Below are positions 8,785 to 18,590 of a stretch of 64,000 bases of DNA, piece by piece. Within the stretch, counting starts at the first letter, position 1; each line of letters starts with the position of its first letter. The position numbers and the translations under genes were made by a program. A model generated the notes under the pieces. That model had not been told where the DNA came from, did not search any database, and saw nothing but the letters and a program-made list of their open reading frames with translations. Origin of the DNA: Escherichia virus KFS-EC; sequence record MH560358; one strand, written 5' to 3'.

Positions 8785-10142
8785 CCCTTCTTAAGTTCTT
8801 TAAGATCTTTCTTATATTCCTTCATTGCGGTCGTCTTTGTCCAATACTCATATTCACTATGATGTTTATCGGCATCTTTGACCAGTCGATCATACTCTTC
8901 TTGAGTAACGCTATATAATGGCATAGAAACTAGCTTATCGGCGTATGGACGCAGTTTTTCATGTCCATTTATGGATTGCATTACCTCGGCCTTTTTCTTG
9001 CCCTGTAGCTCGATTTCGCCCTTAATTACGCGATCGATAAATTCGGCTTTAGCCATTGCATAATTGTATGCTTCCAGCGTTTCCGCTTGCATCAATTCAA
9101 TGCGTTTATCGACATACCCTAATCGGATTTCGACGAATCGACGGATCAGATCGCTCGCTTTCTCGAATACTTCTACTAAACCACGTTCGTTAACTACTAC
9201 GATATTCTGGGCTACTAACTGCGTTAGTTTAAAATCCTTCATGATTTGCTCATGTCGAGCGGATTCATCTTCGCTTTTGAAATAATCGCGTTTCAGTGTT
9301 ACTTCAAATCTGAATCCGTCCTTAGAGCAACGGTCATTATACGATACAATCAGATCTTTTTCTTCCAGTGCATCCAGTACCGCTACATATTCTTCACGGT
9401 CGAACTTATAAGGAACTTCTGATATTGTCAGTTTAGTCTTGCCGTTTAGTTCATATGTACCCTCAAGAATCACACCATCGCGATCATCTCGCGGGATAAC
9501 TTTACCTGTGAATTTCGGGAATTGAACACTAGGTTCTTTATCCAGTTTTCCGGCAAGTGCTAGCTCTGTGCATTCAATAAGGCTTTCCAGTGAATGCGGT
9601 AAAATGTCAGTTTTATACCCTGTAGCAATACCACTAATACCATTAGCCAATACCATTGGCACAACTGGCAAGTAGAAAGCTGGCGGGATGTGTTCCAGAT
9701 CTTCGTGCTTAGGTGCGCAATTCATATCTTTATAGATTTTAAAGAAGTTTTCATGCACACGAGCAAAGATATAACGTGCCGCACCTGCTTTCTGGACTAA
9801 ACGCGATCCGAAGTTACCTTGACCGTCAAGCAGTGGAGTATTATTGCTCCATGTATTCGCCATGAGTGATCCGGCTTCTACGGCATTAGTTTCCCCGTGG
9901 TGATAACCCAACTCAGCAACACCAGATCCAATATCTGCCATCTTACGGAATTTCTTACGGTCGCCTTTACTCTTTTGCAAAGCACATTCCATAACAAAGC
10001 GTTGCACTGGTTTAAGTCCGTCTACCAATTGAGGAATCCCGCGTTCCTCGGCAGAATAGATCGCATATTCCTTAGCTTCATTATGTACAATGCTTTCAAG
10101 GCTGCGGTAAGTAACTGATTTATTCATCTTCACCTCATACAC
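8781..10142 (-). CDS. 52: DNA topoisomerase II medium subunit (GyrA-like), T4 gp52 homolog
   Basis: 453 aa (T4 gp52 about 442); GyrA-type N-terminal motifs (LKPVQRFV, active-site region); conserved position near rIIB. Confidence 0.88.
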   Translation of the reverse strand: MYEVKMNKSVTYRSLESIVHNEAKEYAIYSAEERGIPQLVDGLKPVQRFVMECALQKSKGDRKKFRKMADIGSGVAELGYHHGETNAVEAGSLMANTWSNNTPLLDGQGNFGSRLVQKAGAARYIFARVHENFFKIYKDMNCAPKHEDLEHIPPAFYLPVVPMVLANGISGIATGYKTDILPHSLESLIECTELALAGKLDKEPSVQFPKFTGKVIPRDDRDGVILEGTYELNGKTKLTISEVPYKFDREEYVAVLDALEEKDLIVSYNDRCSKDGFRFEVTLKRDYFKSEDESARHEQIMKDFKLTQLVAQNIVVVNERGLVEVFEKASDLIRRFVEIRLGYVDKRIELMQAETLEAYNYAMAKAEFIDRVIKGEIELQGKKKAEVMQSINGHEKLRPYADKLVSMPLYSVTQEEYDRLVKDADKHHSEYEYWTKTTAMKEYKKDLKELKKG

Positions 10143-10497
10143 GCTTACAAATCACATTCTTTACTTTATCAGATTTATCAGCCCAATCCAATAGCCATTT
10201 TAACGGAAGGATTGAAACAATAAACGGGGCAGCAATCAAAGCAAACATGATACACCGGATAATCAGGAAAGCGCAAGTAACAAAGCTAGCGATACTGATC
10301 CCGACAAAACAAAATACCATAGAAAACAGAGTAATGATATAGAAAGGCCAGAATACCCACTCCCGCATCTTAACGCCTTTGTATTCTCTGAATTGCTTAA
10401 AATCTACAAACAACTCTCGGATAGACGCATACAGGACCGAAAAATCATCTTTCATTGCTCTGAATGAGCAATCTTCTATTTTAGAATGACCTAGCAT
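10135..10497 (-). CDS. hypothetical membrane protein
   Basis: 120 aa with two strongly hydrophobic segments. Confidence 0.5.
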   Translation of the reverse strand: MLGHSKIEDCSFRAMKDDFSVLYASIRELFVDFKQFREYKGVKMREWVFWPFYIITLFSMVFCFVGISIASFVTCAFLIIRCIMFALIAAPFIVSILPLKWLLDWADKSDKVKNVICKRV

Positions 10498-10499
10498 TA

Positions 10500-10793
10500 T
10501 TAACCGCCTTTCATCATTGATACTGGAATTGTTTTCTGATTTGTGTATAATTGGCCTACTTCAATTTTTTCTTGAATCACCACGACGTTACAATATCCAC
10601 TGTCTTTAAGTTTTCTGATAATGACTCGCTTTTGTTCGTCGGTAATAGGATTGACTGTTCTCACCAATTCACCGCAAATAATAGCACCATCTTTACAATT
10701 ACCAGTAACTTTCATGCTACGACCGTGAACAACAACCACGTCACCGTAAATCACATTTTCGTCGTCGTATTTGGTAATAACCGTTACCGTCAT
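10500..10793 (-). CDS. hypothetical protein
   Basis: 97-aa ORF; RBS AGAGGGAA; preceded by hairpin ggccgcgcaaagcggcc (10814..10830). Confidence 0.5.
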   Translation of the reverse strand: MTVTVITKYDDENVIYGDVVVVHGRSMKVTGNCKDGAIICGELVRTVNPITDEQKRVIIRKLKDSGYCNVVVIQEKIEVGQLYTNQKTIPVSMMKGG

Positions 10794-10838
10794 AATGTAT
10801 TCCCTCTAAGAAAGGCCGCGCAAAGCGGCCTATGTTGA

Positions 10839-11165
10839 TTATTGTTCTACAGTATAGCCGTTGTTTTCAAGCCATGCAATAACAATCTTTTCACCAATTT
10901 CATCGAGCATTTCATCAGCGCCATATTCTTTGATGAAAATCGATGGATCATTATTGCTTACTACGTGCTGGATCACAACATGTTCAGGAATTGCGTCTAG
11001 CAGTTCGCTATGATCATACTCATTAACGATATCTTCAACACTAACACTATTAACCAAATCAACATCATCCATAGTCACAGTAACGCGACCGGACGGACGA
11101 AGTGAATATTGGCTACTTTCAACTTCAACATGTGCACTTTCGCAAGTAACTTTCATATCAACCAT
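10839..11165 (-). CDS. hypothetical acidic protein
   Basis: 108-aa ORF. Confidence 0.5.
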   Translation of the reverse strand: MVDMKVTCESAHVEVESSQYSLRPSGRVTVTMDDVDLVNSVSVEDIVNEYDHSELLDAIPEHVVIQHVVSNNDPSIFIKEYGADEMLDEIGEKIVIAWLENNGYTVEQ

Positions 11166-11179
11166 AATTAATTCCTCTG

Positions 11180-12172
11180 TTAGTAATGGCTAAAACCTTC
11201 GGTTACATCTTCAACCACATAGTAACGATGACAGCGCATTTTGGCATTCGCATAATCTTTCGGAATACTTACAACATGACGCGGATCAACTTTACATTTA
11301 ATGATTCGGCCTCTTCCACCGCCATAGTGCGGAATATAGTGTTTCGCTGCAACGTGGAGGCCATTAGAGCAAGTGCGATCATCATCTGGGTCCACGTCTT
11401 TACGCTTCATTTTAACCGTGCGCCCTGGGCTATTATCAAACGTATGCGTAAAGAAATCTTTATAATCAACATCAACACGTTTCCATGCATAGAAACAACC
11501 ATCTTCCCCGATCTCAATGTCGTTGTGCTCTAAGAAGTCAAACAGACGATCTACGGCCTTACGGCTAGGGTTTTTCTTGCACTTCTCAAAGAAGTTCAGA
11601 TAGTGCGTATATGGCTTATTCTCTTTAATCGACTCCACAACTCGACGAGTCAGATTATTATCAAGAACAATATTATGATAATACACAATACCATTTTCGA
11701 TACGGAAAGCGCCGTGATAATATACTTCAACCGCTTTCTTAATGTCAATCAGCGTAATTGCTTTAATAAAATCATTCTGCTTAACCGCTTCCAGTGCTTC
11801 ATTAAAGTTAACATGTGATGGATCAGCAGTATAAACAATGTCACCACATGTAATAGTAATAAACTTAGTTGAGGCTATGGCTACGATTTTTGAGGAAGTA
11901 GTCACGGGCTTTTTTGCGCGTTCACCGCCTTTTCCTTTACTGGTTTTACGGCGTGCTTTACGTTTTTCTAGTGCCTTGCGACCTTCCGCTACTGCGTCTT
12001 TCTGAATCAGTAATACGCGGGAAGCAGTACGACGAGATACACCAAATGCTGCCGCAAGTGCTTCGCGGGTAGTAAACTTACCTTCGCCCCACTGTTTAGC
12101 CAGTTTGATTTGTTTTTCAGAATCCAGGCATTGAACGTTACGGTCAGAGACGGTGATTTTTGCTTTAGTCAT
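11180..12172 (-). CDS. rIIB: rIIB protein
   Basis: Strong similarity to T4 rIIB (SRLFDFL, FDNSPGRTVKMKR.DV.PDDDRTCS.GLHVAAKHYI.HYGG.RGRI.KCKV.PR.VVSIP.DY.NAKMR); start taken at ATG 12172 with AGAGGA RBS 9 nt upstream. Confidence 0.92.
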   Translation of the reverse strand: MTKAKITVSDRNVQCLDSEKQIKLAKQWGEGKFTTREALAAAFGVSRRTASRVLLIQKDAVAEGRKALEKRKARRKTSKGKGGERAKKPVTTSSKIVAIASTKFITITCGDIVYTADPSHVNFNEALEAVKQNDFIKAITLIDIKKAVEVYYHGAFRIENGIVYYHNIVLDNNLTRRVVESIKENKPYTHYLNFFEKCKKNPSRKAVDRLFDFLEHNDIEIGEDGCFYAWKRVDVDYKDFFTHTFDNSPGRTVKMKRKDVDPDDDRTCSNGLHVAAKHYIPHYGGGRGRIIKCKVDPRHVVSIPKDYANAKMRCHRYYVVEDVTEGFSHY

Positions 12173-12234
12173 AGTATTCATTCCTCTATTAGTTGGGCGA
12201 CTATCGCCGCCCGATTCACATCATTATACCAGAA

Positions 12235-12366
12235 TTATTTTGCTTCGACAACCTTGCGGATTGTGCGGTCTGATACATTATAGATTCGTGCCAGTTCGCC
12301 TTTAGTCAAGCCGCGAGCGTATTGTTTACGGATGGTTTCTTTCTGGATAGCGGTCAGTTTAGTCAT
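12235..12366 (-). CDS. unannotated small helix-turn-helix protein (43 aa) between rIIA and rIIB, resembling the rIIB N-terminal segment
   Basis: MTKLTAIQKETIRKQYARGLTKGELARIYNVSDRTIRKVVEAK; GAGGTGA RBS 4 nt from ATG; aligns with rIIB residues ~20-60 (EKQIKLAKQWGEGKFTTREALAAAFGVSRRTASRVL); below the 60-aa track cutoff. Confidence 0.5.
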   Translation of the reverse strand: MTKLTAIQKETIRKQYARGLTKGELARIYNVSDRTIRKVVEAK

Positions 12367-12377
12367 AATATCACCTC

Positions 12378-14486
12378 TTAAAATTTAACATTCTTAACCA
12401 GTTTCATAAAGTCTTGTGCGCGTTTGTCATTATGCAGAATACGATACCAGTTATCTACAATATCATACAGTAACGGGCTATTCTCTTTAAACTTCGCACA
12501 AACTGCTTTAATTCGTTCGTTTGCTACCGTGAATTTTTCATCACAAATCTTTTTAGTTTCTTCGTCCATAATCCAACGAGTACGAAGGAGTAACTTGGAA
12601 ACCTCTTTATTATAATGACGACCGTACAGTCTGTCAATAAATTCTGGAACACAGCGTTCTAGTTCATCGTCATGAAACAACATAGTGATCACACCCAGAT
12701 ATTCGCCATACCCCAGATGATTGGTCTTAACCTTCTTAGCCAGACCAGCCAGCTTACCGCAAACAAATTCTAGCGCACATTCCAATTGTTCGTCAACGAG
12801 ATATTTTTGTGTCTCGTTTCGAGTAATAATATACTTTGTTACCCCGAAGTAGTCAAGCGCCGTGTGTAATGTATTTTCACTATGGATCGATTTACGACTA
12901 CGGCTTTCGAATGCATCACCTACGCGGAACATGTGCAAGCCTGATAACTCGCGAATCTCTGCCGCTTTCATGTGATGGCTGGTTTTATGCCAATTGTCAC
13001 CAATCTTTTCCATAATATACACGTTAGGCAGCTTGGGAGTAGCTTCACGTTGTGTACGCTCGGTCTTTTCCGGTTTAACTGCTTTAGCACGCAGATCATC
13101 GGCCTCAGACACTTTAATCACGGTCATTTCAGAATCATCATAATACTGTTTGATGTACTCGAAAGTCTCCATATGTTTTTCGTTGTTCTGACGGAACACC
13201 AGTACCTTTTTATTGATTCCGTATTCCTGGACCATGCCGTTAAGAGTCAGTGCACGCAGTTTCGGTTTATCTGTATCATCAATAAGACACGTAATATCTT
13301 CTTTATGCATCCATACAAAATGCGTAATGTTGTATTGACTGCTAACGAAAGCAGGGCGCAATTTACTGATTGTGTGACGAGTACGATACAGAGTATACAC
13401 CTGACCTTCTACGTCATTTGGCGAATCTTTACCAGCATTCACAAACTTATTATAGATTGCTACCGGATCATCCCACTGACCGATCTTACCCATCTTGCTA
13501 ATAATATTGCGTTGCGTCGATGAATACTCGCTCATAAATTGAGCAAGTTTACGCTCTGTTTTAATGTTGGCGATCTTTTCTTTAACCTTTTCCAACATCA
13601 TTTCATTGATTTCTGCAATGCGTTTTTCGATGTTCGCTTTAGTCTCAATTGACAAGTGAACTTCTTCACGCGATGGCATAAGGTCCAGATCACCCAACTC
13701 AAAATTAATGTAAATGGTCTGGTGCTGGCGGTTTACAGCTTCTAACCATGTTCCGCGAACATATTCATACGGGATCGGATACTGGATCTTACCCATGATT
13801 GCATATACTACATAGGAATCGTTATCACGCCCATTACAAACATAATAATTATCAAAGCTAGGGAAATAATTAATTTCGATTGCATTGATATTAGGTTTGT
13901 GTTCCCCAAAATGACGCAGTACAAATTGCGCTTCTCGATGCCATGTCTGAATGTCTTTTTCTTTCACCGGAATAGTGATTTTCAGACCATTGTCTTCATA
14001 GGTCGGTTCGTCGAAAATCTGCACCATTTTCGGCATCGAGTTTTGCACAAATGCCGTAAAGCCATAAGCGCGACCATTGTAATAGTTTACGATTGTAAAG
14101 GTGTCGGTATAGCTATAAGCAGATTTCGCACCTAAACCAAAAGATCCGATATAATCATTAGTCTGGTCTTTTGTTGATTCAAAGTAAACCGTAAACAGTT
14201 GTTCTAATTCTTTCTTAGACGGAATACCAGTACCATAATCACGCACAGAAAAATACGGTTCGATTGCAGTCGGTAAATGAATATCAAACGGACGATCTAA
14301 GGTTCCGGCTTCTTTGTGAGTGTCGGTAGCATTGCACGAATACTCACGGACGCAAGCACGCTCACAATATTGATAAGTGTTCTTAGAAAGCACCATAAAA
14401 GCCTTGCTACTTGCTTTCAGTGAAAAATCAACCGCACCGCTCAAGTCACTGCCAAATACTTCTTCATTATCAATATGCATTTTCAT
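12378..14486 (-). CDS. rIIA: rIIA protein (GHKL-type ATPase domain)
   Basis: 702 aa (T4 725); N-terminal histidine-kinase-like ATPase motifs (DYGTGIP, GSFGLGAKSAY); adjacent to rIIB in T4 order; RBS GAGGA. Confidence 0.92.
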   Translation of the reverse strand: MKMHIDNEEVFGSDLSGAVDFSLKASSKAFMVLSKNTYQYCERACVREYSCNATDTHKEAGTLDRPFDIHLPTAIEPYFSVRDYGTGIPSKKELEQLFTVYFESTKDQTNDYIGSFGLGAKSAYSYTDTFTIVNYYNGRAYGFTAFVQNSMPKMVQIFDEPTYEDNGLKITIPVKEKDIQTWHREAQFVLRHFGEHKPNINAIEINYFPSFDNYYVCNGRDNDSYVVYAIMGKIQYPIPYEYVRGTWLEAVNRQHQTIYINFELGDLDLMPSREEVHLSIETKANIEKRIAEINEMMLEKVKEKIANIKTERKLAQFMSEYSSTQRNIISKMGKIGQWDDPVAIYNKFVNAGKDSPNDVEGQVYTLYRTRHTISKLRPAFVSSQYNITHFVWMHKEDITCLIDDTDKPKLRALTLNGMVQEYGINKKVLVFRQNNEKHMETFEYIKQYYDDSEMTVIKVSEADDLRAKAVKPEKTERTQREATPKLPNVYIMEKIGDNWHKTSHHMKAAEIRELSGLHMFRVGDAFESRSRKSIHSENTLHTALDYFGVTKYIITRNETQKYLVDEQLECALEFVCGKLAGLAKKVKTNHLGYGEYLGVITMLFHDDELERCVPEFIDRLYGRHYNKEVSKLLLRTRWIMDEETKKICDEKFTVANERIKAVCAKFKENSPLLYDIVDNWYRILHNDKRAQDFMKLVKNVKF

Positions 14487-14500
14487 AATATAATCCTCAC

Positions 14501-14758
14501 TTAATTAAAATCTTCTTTGTCCATCTCTGCGTAGATTACATCCCACGCCCATAAATCAATAAACGCATTATATGTCACGGTGCAATCGTTGTCAATCACT
14601 TCTTTCGCATATTTCTTGATGTTTTCGTAGGAAACTTGCGGATCAATTTTGTGTTTACGAAGGTGTGCATATTCATACCTCAAACATTTCATAAACAGGT
14701 CCATCGATTTCTTTTCTCGATGACACTTGGCGATCAGAAAATCAAAACTTCGACTCAT
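14501..14758 (-). CDS. hypothetical protein (rIIA.1 position)
   Basis: 85-aa ORF directly upstream of rIIA. Confidence 0.5.
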   Translation of the reverse strand: MSRSFDFLIAKCHREKKSMDLFMKCLRYEYAHLRKHKIDPQVSYENIKKYAKEVIDNDCTVTYNAFIDLWAWDVIYAEMDKEDFN

Positions 14759-14768
14759 TTTCTACTCC

Positions 14769-14963
14769 TTATACATTTTCAATCACCCATTGCAGATGGG
14801 CTTCTGCGTCAACCAGTTCAGCGCGGCTTTTCTCTAAACACTTGCTGTATTCTTTACGTTCCCAATCAGCAATTTCGTTTTTCAGGACTTCTTCATAGTA
14901 AGCAATTACGCCTTTCAGGTCTGAAACTTTACGGCTTGCCAGTTCGATGTAATGGTTACGCAT
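14769..14963 (-). CDS. hypothetical small protein
   Basis: 64-aa ORF. Confidence 0.4.
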   Translation of the reverse strand: MRNHYIELASRKVSDLKGVIAYYEEVLKNEIADWERKEYSKCLEKSRAELVDAEAHLQWVIENV

Positions 14964-15159
14964 TTTGATTCTCCTTTGTTACTAGATAACGAATTTGGTC
15001 TTGCATTGCGATCAGTTCCCAGCGTGCTACTTTCATCATGGAAACCGACTCTTTGAACATAATATTAGCTTTTTCCTTATTCCCTGTCAAGTAGATTTCT
15101 GCAATTTTTTCACAAAATTTTTGAGTTTCTTCATTCTTAAACGGTTTCATATAAGTCAA
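14956..15159 (-). CDS. hypothetical small protein
   Basis: 67-aa ORF; first codon in track is TTG, true start may be ATG at 15150. Confidence 0.4.
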   Translation of the reverse strand: MTYMKPFKNEETQKFCEKIAEIYLTGNKEKANIMFKESVSMMKVARWELIAMQDQIRYLVTKENQNA

Positions 15160-15174
15160 CCTTTTGTTTTCGAT

Positions 15175-15209
15175 GGGGACATTATGATATATCCCCGATC
15201 CAGTGTCAA
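15175..15209 (-). promoter_or_regulatory. early sigma70-type promoter with stem-loop over -10 (PeSL-like)
   Basis: minus strand TTGACA-17-CATAAT; GGGGA...TCCCC inverted repeat spans the -10. Confidence 0.5.
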
Positions 15210-15216
15210 CAGATTT

Positions 15217-15597
15217 TTAATCTTTTTTCAGTACATCCATTACTCGCTCTGCGATCAGTTCTCGTAAGCACTGATAACCATGATATTTGATGGCAATGTC
15301 ACGCAGATCATTAACCAGTTCCCGTACTTCATGGTCTTTCAGATCGTCTCTGTATTTCGATTTAACCGTGTCTTTAGGTGGACTGTGGATAACCTGAAAA
15401 CCTTGTTCTGCAATCACTGCGGCTTCTCGCTGGCGTTCATGTTGTACTGTATTTTTGATCAGGTCTGCTTCCATGAACTTTGCCATACTCATCATCATGT
15501 TATTCTTTTTGCTCATTATTAAATCCTCATAAAAGAAAAGGGAGACTCCCATTATAGAGAATCTCCCTTGTATGTCAAGTGTTATGATTGCATCCAA
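15217..15597 (-). CDS. hypothetical protein
   Basis: 126-aa ORF immediately downstream of topoisomerase gene; start may be internal (MSKKNN...). Confidence 0.45.
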   Translation of the reverse strand: MDAIITLDIQGRFSIMGVSLFFYEDLIMSKKNNMMMSMAKFMEADLIKNTVQHERQREAAVIAEQGFQVIHSPPKDTVKSKYRDDLKDHEVRELVNDLRDIAIKYHGYQCLRELIAERVMDVLKKD

Positions 15598-17405
15598 ATT
15601 TTGCGTTGATCTGCATCTTCACTATAGAGCAAATCGAATAGCTCTTTATAGTTTTCCGGCAACGTGATGATCTCCATGACAGGATCGTTGATCACGCGAT
15701 GATAGTCTGATTCTGTGAGCGATGCTAAACCTTTGATATATCGAATGTTGTAACCTTTGATATTATCTCGGTCGTTCTCGAAATCTTCTAGGTCATAATA
15801 CCATCGAACATCATCACCTTTCTTTGGTTCCGCAATGATAATAGGTGTTTTGATAAACCGGATTCGTCCATCTTCGAACAATTCAGGCCAACGTGCAAAG
15901 AAAGAGATCAGACTAGGTTTAATAGACCCGATGCCGTCAGTATCAGCGTCAGTCATAATCGCAATATTTTTGTATTGCATAACTTCCAATGCATCAACAC
16001 CAAATTGCAAGCCAGTGATCGCCATGATGTTAAAAATTTCGGCGTTCTTAACGATCTTTGCCTCCGGTTGTTCCCACGTTGTAAGAGTTTTGCCTCGCAA
16101 CGGGAAACCGCCATGTAAATCTTGGTCACGTACAGAGATCAGATAGTTGATCGCGGAATCACCTTCCGTCAAAAACAGGGTAGTTTCTGCGTCAGTTCCA
16201 ATAAGGTTAGCTTTAACGTGTTTTGACACCTTAGCCCGTTTTGCTGCCTTTGCTGCCTTAGTCGCTGCCGCTTTATCTGCTGCCTCTTTGCGTGCCAGGA
16301 CTACAGCAATAATAGGCATGATAATGTTTTCTTTCTTCGCAATGACTTTAGCCAGCTTTTTAAAATCAAGATCAATATGACGCTTGATATCACCAGTCGG
16401 GTTAGTCAAGCGTTCTTTTGTCTGTGAATCAAAACGAAGGTTAGGCAATTCACGAACAATAAGAATACAGGTCAATCCAGATTTAACCGCAGCTTTAGTA
16501 ACATCAACCTTATATTCTTTCTTGATTCGTTTTACAATCTCTTCACAAAGATCATCTGTCACATAATCAACGTGTGTTCCCCCGTTTTTGGTAAACAGAC
16601 CGTTAGCAAAGGATACTGATTTAAAACCTTCTCCCTCGACCGCCGGAACTAGGGCAAGTGAAAAGTTTTTATCTTCAATGACAAACGGATCATCATTGTA
16701 TAGTTTAGCATAATCCTTGAACTTACTAACAATACGTTTACCATTAAACTTAAACGTGATCTTAGGAAATATTACGCTCAATGATTGCAGACGATCATGA
16801 ACAATATCTAAAACAGAGTTGTCCATCATATAACCTTCGAAGTGGTCGAAGTCTGGACAAAATGTAACCTTCGTTCCCTTCAATTTTGATGGTTTTGATG
16901 ACCATGTGACATTTTCAGCACCGTTTGTGCATTGAACGGTCATTTCTGTTTCGCCGTCACAGGTCACACCAGTAAACCAATCGCTAAAGAAATTTGATAA
17001 CGACGACCCAACACCGTTCATCCCTTGCGTTAATCGATTGGTATCATCAAAGTTAGACCCTGCTTTTGTTCGTGTCCATGCGGCTACAGGTTGCGGAATC
17101 TGCGTACCCTCTGGGGTAGTAACCATATGTTGAGGAATACCGCGACCATTGTCTGTTACCGTAACAATATTGTTTTGGATATCGACGCTAATCACATTGG
17201 CAAATTCAAAGTTAGTGCGGATCGCCTCGTCTACAGAGTTGTCGATGATCTCATCAATGATTTTAACCAGTCCTGGAACATATGAAATTTTTGTCCATTT
17301 ACCGAACAGGAAACGTTGATGTTCTTCGTAAGTTGTTGATCCTATATACATTCCTGCACGCTTAAGGACATGTTCACGATCAGATAAAATGCGAAACTCA
17401 CTCAT
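15582..17405 (-). CDS. 39: DNA topoisomerase II large subunit (GyrB-like), gp39 with the gene-60 segment fused in one ORF
   Basis: 607 aa; near-colinear with T4 gp39 (ILSDREHVLKRAGMYIGS, VPGLVKIIDEIIDNSVDE, DNGRGIP, GMNGVGSS) and continues through the region that is separate gp60 in T4; RBS GAGG. Confidence 0.93.
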   Translation of the reverse strand: MSEFRILSDREHVLKRAGMYIGSTTYEEHQRFLFGKWTKISYVPGLVKIIDEIIDNSVDEAIRTNFEFANVISVDIQNNIVTVTDNGRGIPQHMVTTPEGTQIPQPVAAWTRTKAGSNFDDTNRLTQGMNGVGSSLSNFFSDWFTGVTCDGETEMTVQCTNGAENVTWSSKPSKLKGTKVTFCPDFDHFEGYMMDNSVLDIVHDRLQSLSVIFPKITFKFNGKRIVSKFKDYAKLYNDDPFVIEDKNFSLALVPAVEGEGFKSVSFANGLFTKNGGTHVDYVTDDLCEEIVKRIKKEYKVDVTKAAVKSGLTCILIVRELPNLRFDSQTKERLTNPTGDIKRHIDLDFKKLAKVIAKKENIIMPIIAVVLARKEAADKAAATKAAKAAKRAKVSKHVKANLIGTDAETTLFLTEGDSAINYLISVRDQDLHGGFPLRGKTLTTWEQPEAKIVKNAEIFNIMAITGLQFGVDALEVMQYKNIAIMTDADTDGIGSIKPSLISFFARWPELFEDGRIRFIKTPIIIAEPKKGDDVRWYYDLEDFENDRDNIKGYNIRYIKGLASLTESDYHRVINDPVMEIITLPENYKELFDLLYSEDADQRKIWMQS

Positions 17406-17504
17406 TATTAAACCTCTTCATAACATAACCATAACTTACTGCAACCGCCACAAAGACGGCTGCAACAATCATATTAAAAATTGAGTGATTGTCAAGTATA
17501 TGAC

Positions 17505-17678
17505 TCATGACACGCGCACATTTTTATCATAGTACCCGCCATTAATCCCGCGCGGGGCAGTTAATCCCTGTTTGCATTCTTTACCACATTCAGGGCATTC
17601 TGCCTTTTCACGCTCGGAAATTTTGCGGATTTTCTGAAATTGACCGTGTTCTTCACAAGAATAATCGTATAATGGCAT
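17505..17678 (-). CDS. FmdB-family zinc-ribbon protein
   Basis: MPLYDYSCEEHG...CPECGK: two CxxC pairs in the FmdB arrangement; ATG 17678 with AAAGGGGA RBS; track ORF start (17759) overlaps dexA. Confidence 0.5.
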   Translation of the reverse strand: MPLYDYSCEEHGQFQKIRKISEREKAECPECGKECKQGLTAPRGINGGYYDKNVRVS

Positions 17679-17679
17679 A

Positions 17680-18348
17680 TTATCCCCTTTGTTTCTTAAC
17701 TGAATTTGGATCTGGATTTTCTGGTAGGTCTTCCAGACCCATAGCATAACGTTGTGCATAGATTAGCATAAGAATATCGCGAGCGCAATCATGAATTGCA
17801 TCATGTGCGATAAAACCATCTAGCGTACCCATTGGTAACGGACACTCACACATCCCGCGATGCATCAATGTACGCTCAATGGCGGTGCGAACATCTCGGA
17901 TATTCCAGAATCGCACAGGTTCAAGGCTGAACGTCTCTCGTGTATTGTGTGCACGGCGGATCATATCAACTAGTAACGGAATATCAAACGCATTACCGCG
18001 TGACCACAATACGGATTTAACCGGATCTACTCCTACGGCTTCATAGAATGCGTTAAAACGCGCTAAACCTTCTTTAGTTGATACTTCCGTACCATTTGTG
18101 ATTAATTGCTTTCTCATGCCTTCTGAGGCGGTATTCTTCCACCATTCAACCACACCATGATCAAACACCCTTACACCTTTCTGGGAAGGAATATCAAATT
18201 TTACCAGAAAGGAATTGTCAACCAGTTCTTTAAATGTAGGTGGATTGTGCGGATCTTCTTTAAATCCGATTGCCGCCATATTGATAACCGCCCCATCAGG
18301 CGGATAACCTAAACTTTCAAAGTCAATCATTAAATCCACTGGAAGCAT
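17680..18348 (-). CDS. dexA: exonuclease A (DnaQ-like 3'-5' exonuclease), DexA homolog
   Basis: 222 aa (T4 227); N-terminal MLPVDLMIDFESLG exonuclease motif I; position between 39 and dda; GGAGG RBS before ATG 18348. Confidence 0.8.
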   Translation of the reverse strand: MLPVDLMIDFESLGYPPDGAVINMAAIGFKEDPHNPPTFKELVDNSFLVKFDIPSQKGVRVFDHGVVEWWKNTASEGMRKQLITNGTEVSTKEGLARFNAFYEAVGVDPVKSVLWSRGNAFDIPLLVDMIRRAHNTRETFSLEPVRFWNIRDVRTAIERTLMHRGMCECPLPMGTLDGFIAHDAIHDCARDILMLIYAQRYAMGLEDLPENPDPNSVKKQRG

Positions 18349-18349
18349 T

Positions 18350-18589
18350 TTAAATATCCTCCGCGATGTGCCGGAATAACTCCAGATCATTTTTATCTAA
18401 CACTAGATTGCATTTGGTTGACCGATAATTGCAAACATTAATCAGTAAACTTTCCATCGCCTGTACCGACTGTACTTTATGTCGAAAAGACATTACATGT
18501 TGTGCATAATCAGCGTGAATTTTATCACGATGGAATGTTACGATGGCATCTAAACATAACAGTTTATCAATTTCATCAATAATCATCAT
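18350..18589 (-). CDS. hypothetical small protein
   Basis: 79-aa ORF between dda and dexA. Confidence 0.4.
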   Translation of the reverse strand: MMIIDEIDKLLCLDAIVTFHRDKIHADYAQHVMSFRHKVQSVQAMESLLINVCNYRSTKCNLVLDKNDLELFRHIAEDI

Positions 18590-18590
18590 A

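Noticed and set aside
12972-13523. 183-aa plus-strand ORF inside rIIA, and similar plus-strand ORFs inside minus-strand core genes (e.g. 15835..16146, 36795..37079, 44013..44294, 57346..57582)
   Set aside because: Fully antisense to well-supported conserved genes, no RBS, low-complexity or biased composition; treated as shadow ORFs
17406-17504. 24-codon hydrophobic ORF (MIVAAVFVAVAVSYGYVMKRFNNE) overlapping the gene 39 start
   Set aside because: No Shine-Dalgarno upstream and very short; could be a leader peptide but the evidence is insufficient
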